Shown here one piece after another: positions 44,501 through 53,400 of a stretch of DNA of 64,000 bases; position 1 is the stretch's first letter; every line of letters starts with the position of its first letter. A program made the position numbers and the translations under genes. The DNA comes from Raillietiella orientalis. Its lineage: Eukaryota. Location: the NCBI GenBank assembly GCA_036172245.1, contig JAYWIR010000014.1:2480001-2544000 (forward strand). The letters run 5' to 3'. Under the pieces are notes generated by a model that worked only from the letters and a program-made list of their open reading frames with translations, ran no database searches and was not told the origin of the DNA.

Positions 44501-47257
44501 CAAGGGAATTTCCCGGAGGAAACCCGTTTGAGCTGGGCCCGTATTCTCGCGCCGGCCGGGGAGGGCGTCGTCGTCGTCGGTTTCTTCGCAGGTTGCGCAA
44601 CGCCAGAGCGCAAGGGGAACTCGGGGGGCTCCCTTCCCGGACAAAGGAGCGCTGCTCGCTCGGCGTCGACCTGCTGCAAAGTCGAGGATTCCTGGAGCCC
44701 ACTGAGCATCAAGGCAGCTGGAGAGTGCTTGTTCCTCCAAGGCCGTCCTCACGCCCTCGCCTCCGACTCAGGCGCGACGCAACTCTCCAGGGAATGGCCA
44801 CGCGTCCACCGATCCGCCTTCGGTCCTCGAAGCGTCCGCTCTCCTTCCGTTTTCGTCGACTCTTCGTCGGGGTTCCCGGCGTCGTTCGGAGAAAACGCCT
44901 GGAAGCCTCCCTGATTGAGGAGCCAGGTCGCCGCCGGTGTTCTGGTGGGACCCCACGAATGTCCCTAGGAATGGGGAAAGGAAAGCAGGGGGTGCTCGAT
45001 CTCTTCGACGTTAGTTCCGTCTCAGAACGTGCCCGCCTTGCGCTGTCGTCGCCGTTGCCATGGCTTTGGCATCTGACGGCTGTCTTCCAGAGCAATTCTA
45101 CGAGAACAAAAGGGAGATGGACCCGCTGCTCCTCAAGGAAGACGCGCACTGCAGGTCCAGCGCCGCAGCGTACATGAAGAAGTCCATCAACAAGGACGAG
45201 GACTACAGCGATCTGCACGGTACGTCTCGCCCGCGCCGGCAGCAGGGAGGCCGGTCCAGGGCGGTGCCGACGGGCATATCGTTCCAGGGTACTGCCGAGA
45301 CGCGAGCCACTGGCCCGAAGGGAAAAAAGTCGATCCCGGTTTCCCCGAGGCGTGCCGGAAAAAAAAGCCAGGGTCGTACCAGCCGTCCTTCTCGGATCCG
45401 ACCGCCCACGACGCTAGCGGCTGGAAGCACCGTAAGTTGGCGGCCGAGTGCGCGGCGTCTCCGGACCGCCTCTGCGAAACCAAACCTCTGCGCTTTTCGG
45501 GGTCTGCCGATAGTCTTTGCCGCTGAGAGCTCCGCCGCCATGGAAACGAGCTTCCCCGCCTCGCCTCCGCTGCCATCCACCCATGCGGTCGGGTTCGAGA
45601 GTCCCCCCTCCGGCGAAGAATTGCACGCCAGGGTCCTCCGGCCGGGAGGCCGCGCGCCGCTTCCAGTCGAGTCCACTTCCACGCCTCCCGCGGGCACTGG
45701 AGCGCGCAGGCTCCCGTCGAGGGAAGGAGCCCCCCCCCCCCCCCGAACCGTGCTGCAACCCAGTTCCTCCCTCCGTTCAAACCAACTTTCCTCGCGCAGG
45801 GACCGCGACCGCATGCGTGGCAGCCGGCGAGGGCCCAGTCGACCGGAGGCGCCGTGGGGGCGCGTCTTTCGGCGCCCGCGCTGCGTCGCTTGAGGCGCTG
45901 CCTCCGAAAAAATGGAACTGCAGCCGCGCCGGAAGGAGTGCGGCGCCGACGCTTCCGCAACGCGGCAGGGGTAGTCTGCGCGCACACTCAGCGGGCCGAA
46001 AGAGGGGACGACAGCGTGGACAAAACCGGGTCAGACCAGGAAACATCCGCGAGCGATGAGCGGCGAGGCTGGGAGAGGAGAAAGGGAAGGGCGGGCGGGG
46101 GGATGCAACCACCGACCATCTGGAATCTCGGTGTTACCGGGATTCCTCCTCCTTTCCTCTCCCTCCTGGCGTCCATGCAGCGTCTTTGGGATTTGGTCGT
46201 CCAGAAATTTGCTGCCTCTTTCCCTTCGTCGAGCTGGCGCGCGGTGCCCCCCGGTCGCACCGGAAGTCGGCGAGGCGAGCCCTCCAAGAGCTTGCGCGCC
46301 GCCGCTGCCGCCGGTAATCCCACACCTCCTATGCCACCGGCAGCAGTGCTCTCTCTCTTCCCCCGCGGCGGTCCTCCAAGGAATCTCCCTTCCCCGCCTT
46401 TCGCCCCTCGCGTTGCGCGGATGAGAGGGATCTTTGCAAGATCAATGATGTTCGTGGAAATGGAGCACGACCTTGTATCACTCTGTGATCTTTTCGCCTC
46501 AGAACACTATGGCTCTGCCTGCAACCCTGGCATCCAGATGTACATGTGTACGTGTTGCCAAGTACGTATTTTCAGTGCCGCAACTAACTTGCTCGAAAGC
46601 CAGTGTCCGCTTCCGCATCTAACCAGCGCCTCCTAACGGTTTGTTCGCTGCTCTGTTTGTTTGCCTAGGGAAGCAGGCACTTCCCGCGCTGTGACGTAAC
46701 TCGAAGAGATTGGCGGCAGCATGCTCCCTGCTTCTCCAGATGCACCCTCGCGCGCTCCGCTACCACCGTGTGTTCCAGAATCGAGATCACGATGCCTTCG
46801 TCGAAACATCTCACCTGTGAACGGACAGGCCCCGAGGGACAGCGAGGCCGCTGCCGCTACCCCCGCCAAACTGCCGGAGAGGAAAAAAGGAACCGGAAGC
46901 GAAGTGGCTGATAAAGGAGTCAGGCAGCAGCAGCAGCTCGCCAAGTACGACGAGGGAGACAAGCAGCTCTCGGACAACAGCGAAGAGCTGGTCCCGTTTC
47001 TGGAGCGCTGCCTCTCCGACTGCAAGAGCGGCGGCGGCGGCCACAACGCGTCATTCGTCGAGGGAGAGGAGGAGGAAGGGGACGAGGACGAAGAGGACTC
47101 CTGCGCCCGGGACGACGCGTCCGAGGCCGACCTCATATGCCCCATCGACGACCTGGACACCGACAGCGAGGACTCCTGCACCCGACCCCTGAACAAGTTC
47201 ACGCAGCCGAGGCCGCAGGCCCACTCCGGGCCGCGGGTCCTCCAGACGCGCCTGTGA
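11206..47257 (+). CDS. kug: Fat-like atypical cadherin (kugelei/Fat2; FAT1/FAT3 subfamily), multi-exon gene, ~4,606 aa
   Basis: Many cadherin motifs (DxNDNxPxF, LDRE/LDYE, AxDxD), signal peptide, then EGF - single laminin-G - EGF repeats, TM helix and C-terminal QTRL. 39 exons join via GT-AG with consistent phases, summing to 13,821 nt. A single LamG and the overall size fit Fat-like/FAT1-3 rather than Fat/FAT4 (two LamG). Orthology is inferred from architecture, not from a search. Confidence 0.93.
17130..17438 (+). CDS. kug: Fat-like exon 2
   Basis: tttcag|GC GTC ATC...LDRE...DVNDNVP...TCG G|gtacgg. Confidence 0.92.
18015..18076 (+). CDS. kug: Fat-like exon 3 (62 nt)
   Basis: ttccag|GLISTTGKRIDREQREEFSLA|gtgagt. 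Confidence 0.9.
23926..24087 (+). CDS. kug: Fat-like exon 4
   Basis: aag|VEISDNGVP...EDDNDNSPQF...CAG|gtgaga. Confidence 0.88.
24150..24248 (+). CDS. kug: Fat-like exon 5 (99 nt)
   Basis: tttccag|LSAAAAASCSDDLTNSDWESFDPTDVVGYALFR|gtgagc; phase 0-0. Confidence 0.8.
25086..25238 (+). CDS. kug: Fat-like exon 6
   Basis: tccag|VAATDRDVGSNGRLRYSI...FPLE|gtaacg. Confidence 0.9.
25591..25792 (+). CDS. kug: Fat-like exon 7
   Basis: aag|VRVSDHGDPPRFS...FFSIV G|gtaggt. Confidence 0.87.
26702..26841 (+). CDS. kug: Fat-like exon 8
   Basis: ttag|DGNIGQKFDI...LDREQVSSYNLTV...TQ|gtggga. Confidence 0.9.
26936..27177 (+). CDS. kug: Fat-like exon 9
   Basis: cccag|VRVLVDDVNDHRPEF...TLD AG|gtaacc. Confidence 0.9.
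29672..29919 (+). CDS. kug: Fat-like exon 10
   Basis: tttcag|G EDIHYHSL...DQNDNAPRF...SIVA G|gtgagc. Confidence 0.9.
29970..30156 (+). CDS. kug: Fat-like exon 11
   Basis: tag|GNVGNTFQIDPIFG...DETSP GG|gtatcg. Confidence 0.88.
30207..30435 (+). CDS. kug: Fat-like exon 12
   Basis: ttccag|G FLRDAYSCDISENA...LDHERTSSYNLTLQATSL|gtgcgt (frame absent from ORF track, translated by hand). Confidence 0.88.
30490..30742 (+). CDS. kug: Fat-like exon 13
   Basis: ctag|ALKRSSAVVYIRVLDENDNSPEF...DAST G|gtaacg. Confidence 0.9.
30819..31495 (+). CDS. kug: Fat-like exon 14
   Basis: cacag|GSLRSVAGLDYE...FDREEQDSYVILVE|gtaaaa. Confidence 0.92.
31543..31698 (+). CDS. kug: Fat-like exon 15
   Basis: ctgcag|AQGEYES...DVNDNAPVF...VFQ|gtaatg. 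Confidence 0.88.
31753..31924 (+). CDS. kug: Fat-like exon 16
   Basis: ccag|VTAMDADEGDNG...EAYDR G|gtaagg. Confidence 0.88.
32158..32319 (+). ncRNA. Candidate structured intronic RNA (multi-helix, possible pseudoknot), family unknown
   Basis: Five complementary segment pairs found by eye (see findings); no known family recognised. Confidence 0.3.
33570..33791 (+). CDS. kug: Fat-like exon 17
   Basis: ttcaag|GAVPVSDVATVTIKVISKAMPIFE...DFNT G|gtaaca. Confidence 0.88.
34081..34104 (+). CDS. kug: Fat-like 24-nt micro-exon (exon 18, probably alternative)
   Basis: Polypyrimidine tract, gagtag|TTCCTGAAGCCGACAGGAGCCAAT|gtaagt; phase 1-1, no stop; gives DFNT-VPEADRSQC-VIFV. Confidence 0.75.
34391..34627 (+). 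CDS. kug: Fat-like exon 19
   Basis: atag|GT VIFVADYLDFE...DRDS G|gtatgg. Confidence 0.9.
34702..34902 (+). CDS. kug: Fat-like exon 20
   Basis: ccaag|GINRKLSYRL...PDYERQKQH...VVLD G|gtgagt (translated by hand). Confidence 0.88.
34971..35165 (+). CDS. kug: Fat-like exon 21
   Basis: ccttag|VVDVNDNSPRF...DRKT G|gtatgg. Confidence 0.9.
35258..35563 (+). CDS. kug: Fat-like exon 22
   Basis: cttcag|GVIRAT...NLHRPTF...DSRT G|gtgacc. Confidence 0.9.
35619..35827 (+). CDS. kug: Fat-like exon 23
   Basis: tgtag|GELRSRRELDRE...DVNDNAPEF...VHK|gtgagc. Confidence 0.9.
35875..36022 (+). CDS. kug: Fat-like exon 24
   Basis: ctccag|FVASDRDAG...LRNM G|gtgagg. Confidence 0.88.
36098..36259 (+). CDS. kug: Fat-like exon 25
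   Basis: cgtag|ANEVFQFFIRASDHG...STAV G|gtcagt. Confidence 0.88.
36359..36673 (+). CDS. kug: Fat-like exon 26
   Basis: cttcag|GLPVIRAEA...LDFE...LLVK G|gtgagg. Confidence 0.88.
36754..37038 (+). CDS. kug: Fat-like exon 27
   Basis: ttttag|VVAHYED...DENDNPTAF...EAS G|gtacgt. Confidence 0.88.
37084..37347 (+). CDS. kug: Fat-like exon 28
   Basis: ttccag|VSEDAAVG...LDRE...DDVN G|gtgagt. Confidence 0.9.
37414..37836 (+). CDS. kug: Fat-like exon 29
   Basis: cacag|DNPPVCLKDRY...DVNDNAPVF...DKDL G|gtgagt. Confidence 0.9.
37887..38270 (+). CDS. kug: Fat-like exon 30
   Basis: accag|GINRQVHYAI...DVNDNPPEF...DPKT G|gtgagc. Confidence 0.88.
40211..40563 (+). CDS. kug: Fat-like exon 31
   Basis: tgccag|GVIRLVAPVDYE...LDREM|gtaagc. 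Confidence 0.92.
40616..40759 (+). CDS. kug: Fat-like exon 32
   Basis: cccag|VSRYQLEIEATDQG...DVNDCQPMF...YLP|gtaatt. Confidence 0.87.
40847..41101 (+). CDS. kug: Fat-like exon 33
   Basis: ttccag|EDSEVGAVV...WVTVY|gtaagc. Confidence 0.87.
41147..41996 (+). CDS. kug: Fat-like exon 34 (last cadherin repeat, RAKR site, Cys-rich/EGF start)
   Basis: cacag|VIEASKYPPVVNPL...RAKRS...CRCQPGYA G|gtatct. Confidence 0.9.
42098..42423 (+). CDS. kug: Fat-like exon 35 (EGF plus start of laminin-G)
   Basis: ttccag|GDACDLMVHECAQNPC...LSFSGRSF...YAVLE|gtgaga. Confidence 0.9.
42486..43571 (+). CDS. kug: Fat-like exon 36 (laminin-G, EGF repeats, TM helix, start of cytoplasmic tail)
   Basis: ccag|INGGTVQYRFDCGSG...VDDSQWH...GFVGCL; four EGF repeats including Ca-binding DVNEC; TM LYIVCALIAFILTAILVYHIF at 43401-43463; donor gtgagt. 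Confidence 0.92.
43703..43901 (+). CDS. kug: Fat-like exon 37 (cytoplasmic)
   Basis: cttccag|YATAACAP...CIRNCDSAAAELNRF...AARK C|gtgagt; phase-consistent; acceptor less certain. Confidence 0.7.
45091..45219 (+). CDS. kug: Fat-like exon 38 (cytoplasmic)
   Basis: cttccag|AG QFYENKREMDPLLLKED...DYSDLH G|gtacgt; phase 1-1. Confidence 0.7.
46740..47257 (+). CDS. kug: Fat-like terminal coding exon (acidic region, C-terminal QTRL)
   Basis: tctccag|AT (alternative in-frame acceptor at 46779); acidic EGEEEEGDEDEED and SEADLICPIDD segments; ends LQTRL-TGA. Confidence 0.75.
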
Positions 47258-47462
47258 GGGCGAGGTGCCCGCCCGAGCCACCTCCTAACACGCCAATCCG
47301 CAGCTTCTGTGATACCCTTCCCCCCTCCCCCGTGTGAAAGACCTCACCGCCTCGCCCGTCGCGAGGGAGGTCCGGTTCCTGCTCAGAACTTCGATAGTCA
47401 CTGGATCTAGTCGCGAAATGGAGATATCTAAGATGTGTTGTCGAGATTTTGGAAACGTTTCT

Positions 47463-47468
47463 AATAAA
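47463..47468 (+). terminator. Polyadenylation signal of the Fat-like gene
   Basis: AATAAA about 205 nt after the stop codon, followed by a GT/T-rich tract (gctgttttgttgttgctgttgtg) within otherwise GC-rich DNA. Confidence 0.6.
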
Positions 47469-50400
47469 TGCTGTTTTGTTGTTGCTGTTGTGCCCGGATC
47501 GCTTTCTCCGACGAGCGCAAGGAAGCGCGAGAGACGACGCTCCTTCCTCGGCTGGGAGAGCCCGCGTCAGAAAGCCCAGCTGGAGAGTCCGCCTGCCCTT
47601 CCGTGTTACCTCGAGCGTAGAAGATCCAGGGGCGCGGGAGGCGAGCCACCGACAGCCAGAGGAACGCGTGGCGTCTTTCGGGCCCGCGGCAGATTCCCTC
47701 GCTGCCCGCGCGACTAGGGAAGGGGCGGTTGCCGCCCCTGCAAATCCCTTATGAGCAAGCTGAGGCGCGCGCCCTACGGTCCCTCCTCGCCACGAGCATC
47801 CGGGAGTTCAGCTCTCGAAAGCGAACTCCCGAGGGATGACACGCTGGGATGATAACCCCATAGGGACCTCGCTGGGAGCGAGGAATCCCCTGCTTCTCCC
47901 GTTCAGCTTATGCCCCGGGCCGGGACCGACAACCGCCGCAACCCTGCTGAAGCCTTCACTCTCGGACACGAGTCCGCTCTCTCCGATCGTGACCCATCCG
48001 AGTTCCCACTCCCCGCACGAGCTTGGCACGTTTGCACCGTTGGGATTTTTGCTCCCTATTTTGCTTCTTGTTTTTTTTTCCACAATGTGCCTATTTTTTC
48101 GTTCCCTTCTTCCCCTTCCCTCCGCGAAGATGATGCCACGGGAGCGCAGTGGAATGCACGGGAAGGCTCTCCGCTCGCCCTTTGGTCAAGTTCGCGCTCC
48201 CCTCCGGGCGTCTTTGGTCAGGAAAGGAAGGCGTCGTGATGATGGGGGGAGGGGCGCTGAATGAAGTTCCCCCGTGGCATTCGTGGCATTCCCCCTTTTC
48301 CTCTTTCGAGGGGGACATTCGCGGGCTTCACCACAAAGCCTCGAGCGAAAAACAGGGCAGGCGTCGTCCGCCAGGAGGTGGCGGCGCGCCCAGCGCGACA
48401 ACCACGGCTAACGCTGCGGCGTCCAGCGCAAGTCATTCCGCGCTAGTACCCGGGAGGCACTCCCAATGGCGTCGAACGCCCGCGAAGGTCGGCGCTTCAA
48501 CCCACCACGACGGGAACTTTTCTTCCCTAAAGAGTCTCTTCCTTCCTCGGCACAAAGGAGACAGACTGCCAAGAGGGAAGCAGGGAGGAGGAGAGGGCGA
48601 TGTTGCTATGGGAGGCGGCAGCCCTTTCGCGAACAGACGTTGCCCGTTCACACCGAAGTCAGCTGGATGGCGAGATGCCCGGGCAGACCCTCTCTCAGGT
48701 GGTAGGGTCGTCCCCACCCTCCTCCTCTCTGGTCAGGAGGAGAGATGGCTGCCGCTGGCAGTGGAACGCGTGTCCCTGGCAACGGTCACTCCAGGATCAA
48801 CAGTCTCGCCACCCACCTGGTGCATCCCGGCGGAAGTACCTCCGTACCGGGAGACTTCTGGGAGCGCAGCATCGGGGATGAGGAGGGCGAGTCAACAACG
48901 TGGGGTCACTCCTTGACCTCTCTCCGTCCGCCGTCGCCTCCCCTTCCCGCAAAGCATCTGCGGAGTGCGGCGGGGCCAGGATGCGCACTCCTCCGAAATG
49001 CTTACTGCGTCCTGTTCCGCGTGCGCGTTCCTCCGGAAGGACCGCGCGACTATCTCAGCTCTTCAACGGCAGGGCACGGCAGGCGAATGCGGGGGGACGG
49101 CAGCAGCTCCCGCCTCCGACCCCACGCCTTGCCGCGGGAGCAACCCGCGCTGCCCGAAGTCGTCGCTCAGGAGGGTCTCCGCCGCCCAGCAACGACCCCG
49201 CAGCCGCAAGAGGGGAATTTGTGGAAAGACTCGGTCCGAGAGCCGACCGGTGGAGATCGCGGCCTGTATCGCGCGCTGGCACCGTCCCAGCTCCTGGTGC
49301 GCTGCCTGGTGTCACCCACCGTCCGAGCCCCACGAGGCTGGCCGACGTGTCCCGTCTGTCCGGGACGTCTTCGCGGGGAGAGCTCCAAGGAAGGACTGGC
49401 GGAAGAAGCCGGGGGGCGGGAAGGCAGGGATCGCACCAAAGTTCAGGGAGAGCGCGCTGAACGATGGCAGGCCATCCTCTTCCTCCCTCTCTCCTCTTCC
49501 TCGTCCTGCCTTCCTCCTCCTCCTTTCGTCTCGAAGAAGGCGGAGGAATTGAAGAAGAGGAGGAGGAGAAGGTCAGGAAGCTGTTGGACATTCTTCTCCC
49601 TCTTCTTCCTGAACGGCAGGCTTCTCTCTTCCCCCCCCTGTGACATCAGGGAGGCCTCTCGCAGCGCTTCTGTAGATTGCAGGAGAAATAACTGTCATCA
49701 TTGATGGGTCGAACTCCACGGAAGCTATCAGGCTTCCACCTGGTCGCTCTGACCACTGCCAGAACGGTCCCAACGCGGAACCCGTGTGTCCCGCGTGTAG
49801 GCAGAATACGCTCGGTGGCTCTCCCCATTGTCTTGACCGTTTCCCGAGGCCCTGCACGCTGCATCCCTTTGTAACAGGTCTTTTGACTCCCCCTCCGGAA
49901 GGGCTCATCATCTGCTGGGGGGAAAGGGATGCTACCCGCGTTCTCCCGGTGACGACACACAGATGCGCGACGTCCGTCCTCCCCCGCTCTCTGCCAGTTC
50001 CGGAGCTGTCATCTTCCGGAGTCGTGCGACTCCCCAGAAGGGAAGAGCGAGATGGGCCGCCATCGGAGCGGAGGGCGCGCCCTGCGCCGCGTCCTCGGGG
50101 CGCCATCGGAAGCGGGGGGACGGCACCTCCGCCTTGCGAGAAAGCGCTGCCGCTGCCGTCGCCCGACTCTGGGACCGAGGAGCGCCGTAAGCGCCGCCGT
50201 GCGTTCTCCCCGCTCGCTCCCTTGCGTGCAGCCGGCGGTCATCCGCCCGCCATCTCCAGAGTTCACAGCACCAGCTCTCACGCGCGTCCGGTCCGCCGCC
50301 TCCCCCTCCCCCCCCCCGCTCGGCGATTCCCTTGAGAGGCGGCGGCGGCGGCGGAGTCGCTCTCGCCTGATGGTTTGTTTCTTCCGCACGGGTCGCGCCG

Positions 50401-53400
50401 CTTAGACAGCAAACCGCGCACAACCTCTTCTGGGCGATCGCATGGGCGGCGGCTGTTCTTTTCTTTCACAGAGGATCTCGCGAGATCTGCTCCGACTCCG
50501 CGCAACTCATCCTCCCGAGTTTGGACCGCGGTGGTCCCTTTAGGGTTTCGTCTCCCCCTGAGTCGAGCTGATAATCTCTCTGCTTGTCCAAGGGACCGGA
50601 AGATGGCGCCGACACGGGCACGTAGTGCCTAGGTTCCCGTCTCTTGCTCCAGATGGTCGTGTAGGTAATGGAGTTGGTGACCCCTCTCCGTCAGCTTTCT
50701 TTCAGCTGCTGTTCGCGCACTGCCGCCAACCGAGACTCCTGACCTCGCCCGGTGGCAAAGTATTCCCTTCAGGGTTCCAATCAAAGAGAGCGGTAAGGTT
50801 CGATGCACAGCCTCCGAATCGAAAGTTCATCCCGCTGCCCGGGATGTGCAGTCGGACGGAACAGTACCACTGAGTTTCCCCTCAGATTCCATCCCTCGGG
50901 GTCGTGAGCATGAACTATGTACGTGCACCTTAGCTGCGTACACACACATCCACTGTACACGTGGAAGACGACGTTAACCGTGCACTGACTGTGTAGTAAG
51001 TGCGAGATGACGGTGGTGTGCACGTTCCGAGTTTGCACGTCAACTTCGTGACTTGGTGGCCATGCCGACTGCACAGGTACATGAGAACCACGTGTGCCGT
51101 ACCGTATACGAGGAGAAGGAGCGGGCTGAGCCGCTGCGCACGTCCACCCGGATGCGCCGACGCACAAAGCGACAAGGCGGAGGCACATCCACGTGCCGCC
51201 GCCGCCGGCGTGTTGTTCGCGGGCGCTCCTGCGGGCAGAGTCGCCAGCGCCCCACACAACCGGGCTGAAACCAGGGAGGATCAGTCAACTGGCCGCTCGG
51301 CCCGGGGGATCCGCAGAGATTTCTTGCAACCGGGCGGAACCGCATCCTCGCGGTCGCAGGATGCACGCGCGCCAGGTCCTCCGGAGCGGCGGCAGAAGCC
51401 CTTCTCGGGCCCGCCTCGGGCTGCTCGGAAGAGAAGCCGAGTCGGCGCGCCGGGCCTCTCGCACGACCCCTGGGCCGCGCCGAAGAAGCGCTCCGCCGCG
51501 ATCTAGGCCGACCGCCGGATTCCTCGGAGCCACTTCGCGCCATCCTTTCTCCAGATGCTTTCCACATCGAGGGCAGCATCCTTGCCGGTCGCGGCCACCC
51601 ACGCCCGGATTTTCCCCTCCGCGCCGTCATCGGTATCTTTGCAGCGACGGGACGCGAACGGCGTCGCCGGAGACTCCTGCCAGGAGGGAGGGGACAGAGC
51701 GAACGCCCGGTTGACCCGTTCACACCCGCCAGCCCCACCTCGCCACCATCTCCCTAGCATCCGGTTTGGGGATGCGTCCCAAGCTCTCAGGTCAGCATCT
51801 GGACCAGCGGTCTCCGTCCGAGGCGCCGTGAGACTGGGCAGCGGGGACGCAAGTCTGCGCCTCCCTCCCTCCCCACCTTTGAAAACGGTCTCTCCCGAGT
51901 GCGTCCCTGGATCGAAGCGCGCTGGAGGATGCCATCTGGTCCTCCGGAGAGAGGAATCCCGCACAGCGTGAGCCGAAGCATCCGCGAAATGTCTCCCCGG
52001 ACTGCATTCCGCCGCCTTTGAAATTTCATCTCCTCTGCATCTCCCATCCATCCAACCGTGGTGCGAAAATCAGGGGTGCCAAGGGTGGTGGCAGTTCGTC
52101 CAGTCTCTCCCGCTAGCGATCGGACCCGCCCGCTAGAGCACCTGACGAGTATGTGCTCGAGAAAACCGGAGTAACCTCTCCAGCATCTCTTCATCCGCCT
52201 CCGTCCTATCCCCTCAAGGCCCCTGATGCTTCAGAGTCTTTCAAGTGCCCCGTTCTGTTCACTCGGAGGAGCGCGCATCTTGGCAACCTCGGACTCTGGT
52301 TGTCGCTGCAGTTTGTTCGTGTTCCGCCGTTTCAGCACTTGGGTTCGCGCAAGCGCACCTTCCAGTCCGCCATCGGCGGTTGACGGTTGAACTTTCCGCG
52401 GAAAGAAGCTGCGGTCGCTTTGATTCGTCACGGGGAAGTTCCTCTCGAGGGCATTCGGCTCCGTCCAAGACCGGCGACCATCTCGCTCTGTCGGCACCTC
52501 TGGACCGAGGCACCACCCCTTCCTGCCCGCATGTGGAAACATTCCGCCGAAAAATGACGGCTCCTACGCCCGGGCGCGGCGGTGGCTTAAGCGCGTAGAG
52601 GTGCCGGCGGGGCATCGTGCACCGCCAGACGCAGCCCACGCGGTGTTCCGCTTCGTGGGTCTGAAATCTGATGCAATTAGCCGGAGCGAGTTTATCCGCA
52701 ACCTTCCTCGGCTCGTTCCACGCTGTCCGCGGGAACGCAAAGGAGGGGGGAGGGGAAGGGAAGGTAGTGATATGCAATTAAACGAATTATACAATCAGCC
52801 GATATGCCAATTAAGTAGAAAGCCCCGAGTTCTCCACGTATGCGTGCGGACACCTTCACATGCACCGACGCTTGGATGGCGCACACGCGCTGCGCGTATG
52901 CAAACAAGCGAGTTACATGCGGGGAGTCGTGCGAGAGCAGTATGGATACAAGGACGTGCAGGGATGCCAGTACTCGCTCACACACGCTGCATGCATTTTC
53001 TATCTGGTTTGCACGTACGGGTATGCTGACAAACTTTCGCCGTTTGCGGATATCATCGGGAGAGAAACACGCGCGTTAGTCATTTGGTTCTCTCTGCAGC
53101 TGGCCGTCAGGTGCGCAACGGGATTCGGGAGCAGCAGCGAAGAAGGTTCTCTGGCCGTGCCATCCACCGATTGCTTCAGTTCTTTTACAAGCGCTTCAAG
53201 AATAGGATGTCAAAAGCTGTGTTGTTCTTTGTGATGGAGATGGTGCTGACTCCATTTCAGAGGTTGCCGAACGTTCGAACCGGCATTTCACAAGTTGGTC
53301 ACGCCCGCGGCACGCAATGATTTCGGAAAATTGTGCAGAAGGAGTGCAGAGTCGATCTCGCCCAAGAAACGATGCCTGTCTTCGAGGCAGAAAAGGAAAG

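Noticed and set aside
47334..52800. ORFs downstream of the cadherin stop (e.g. 48745-49704)
   Set aside because: Same GC-rich low-complexity signature; no domain or coherent exon chain found
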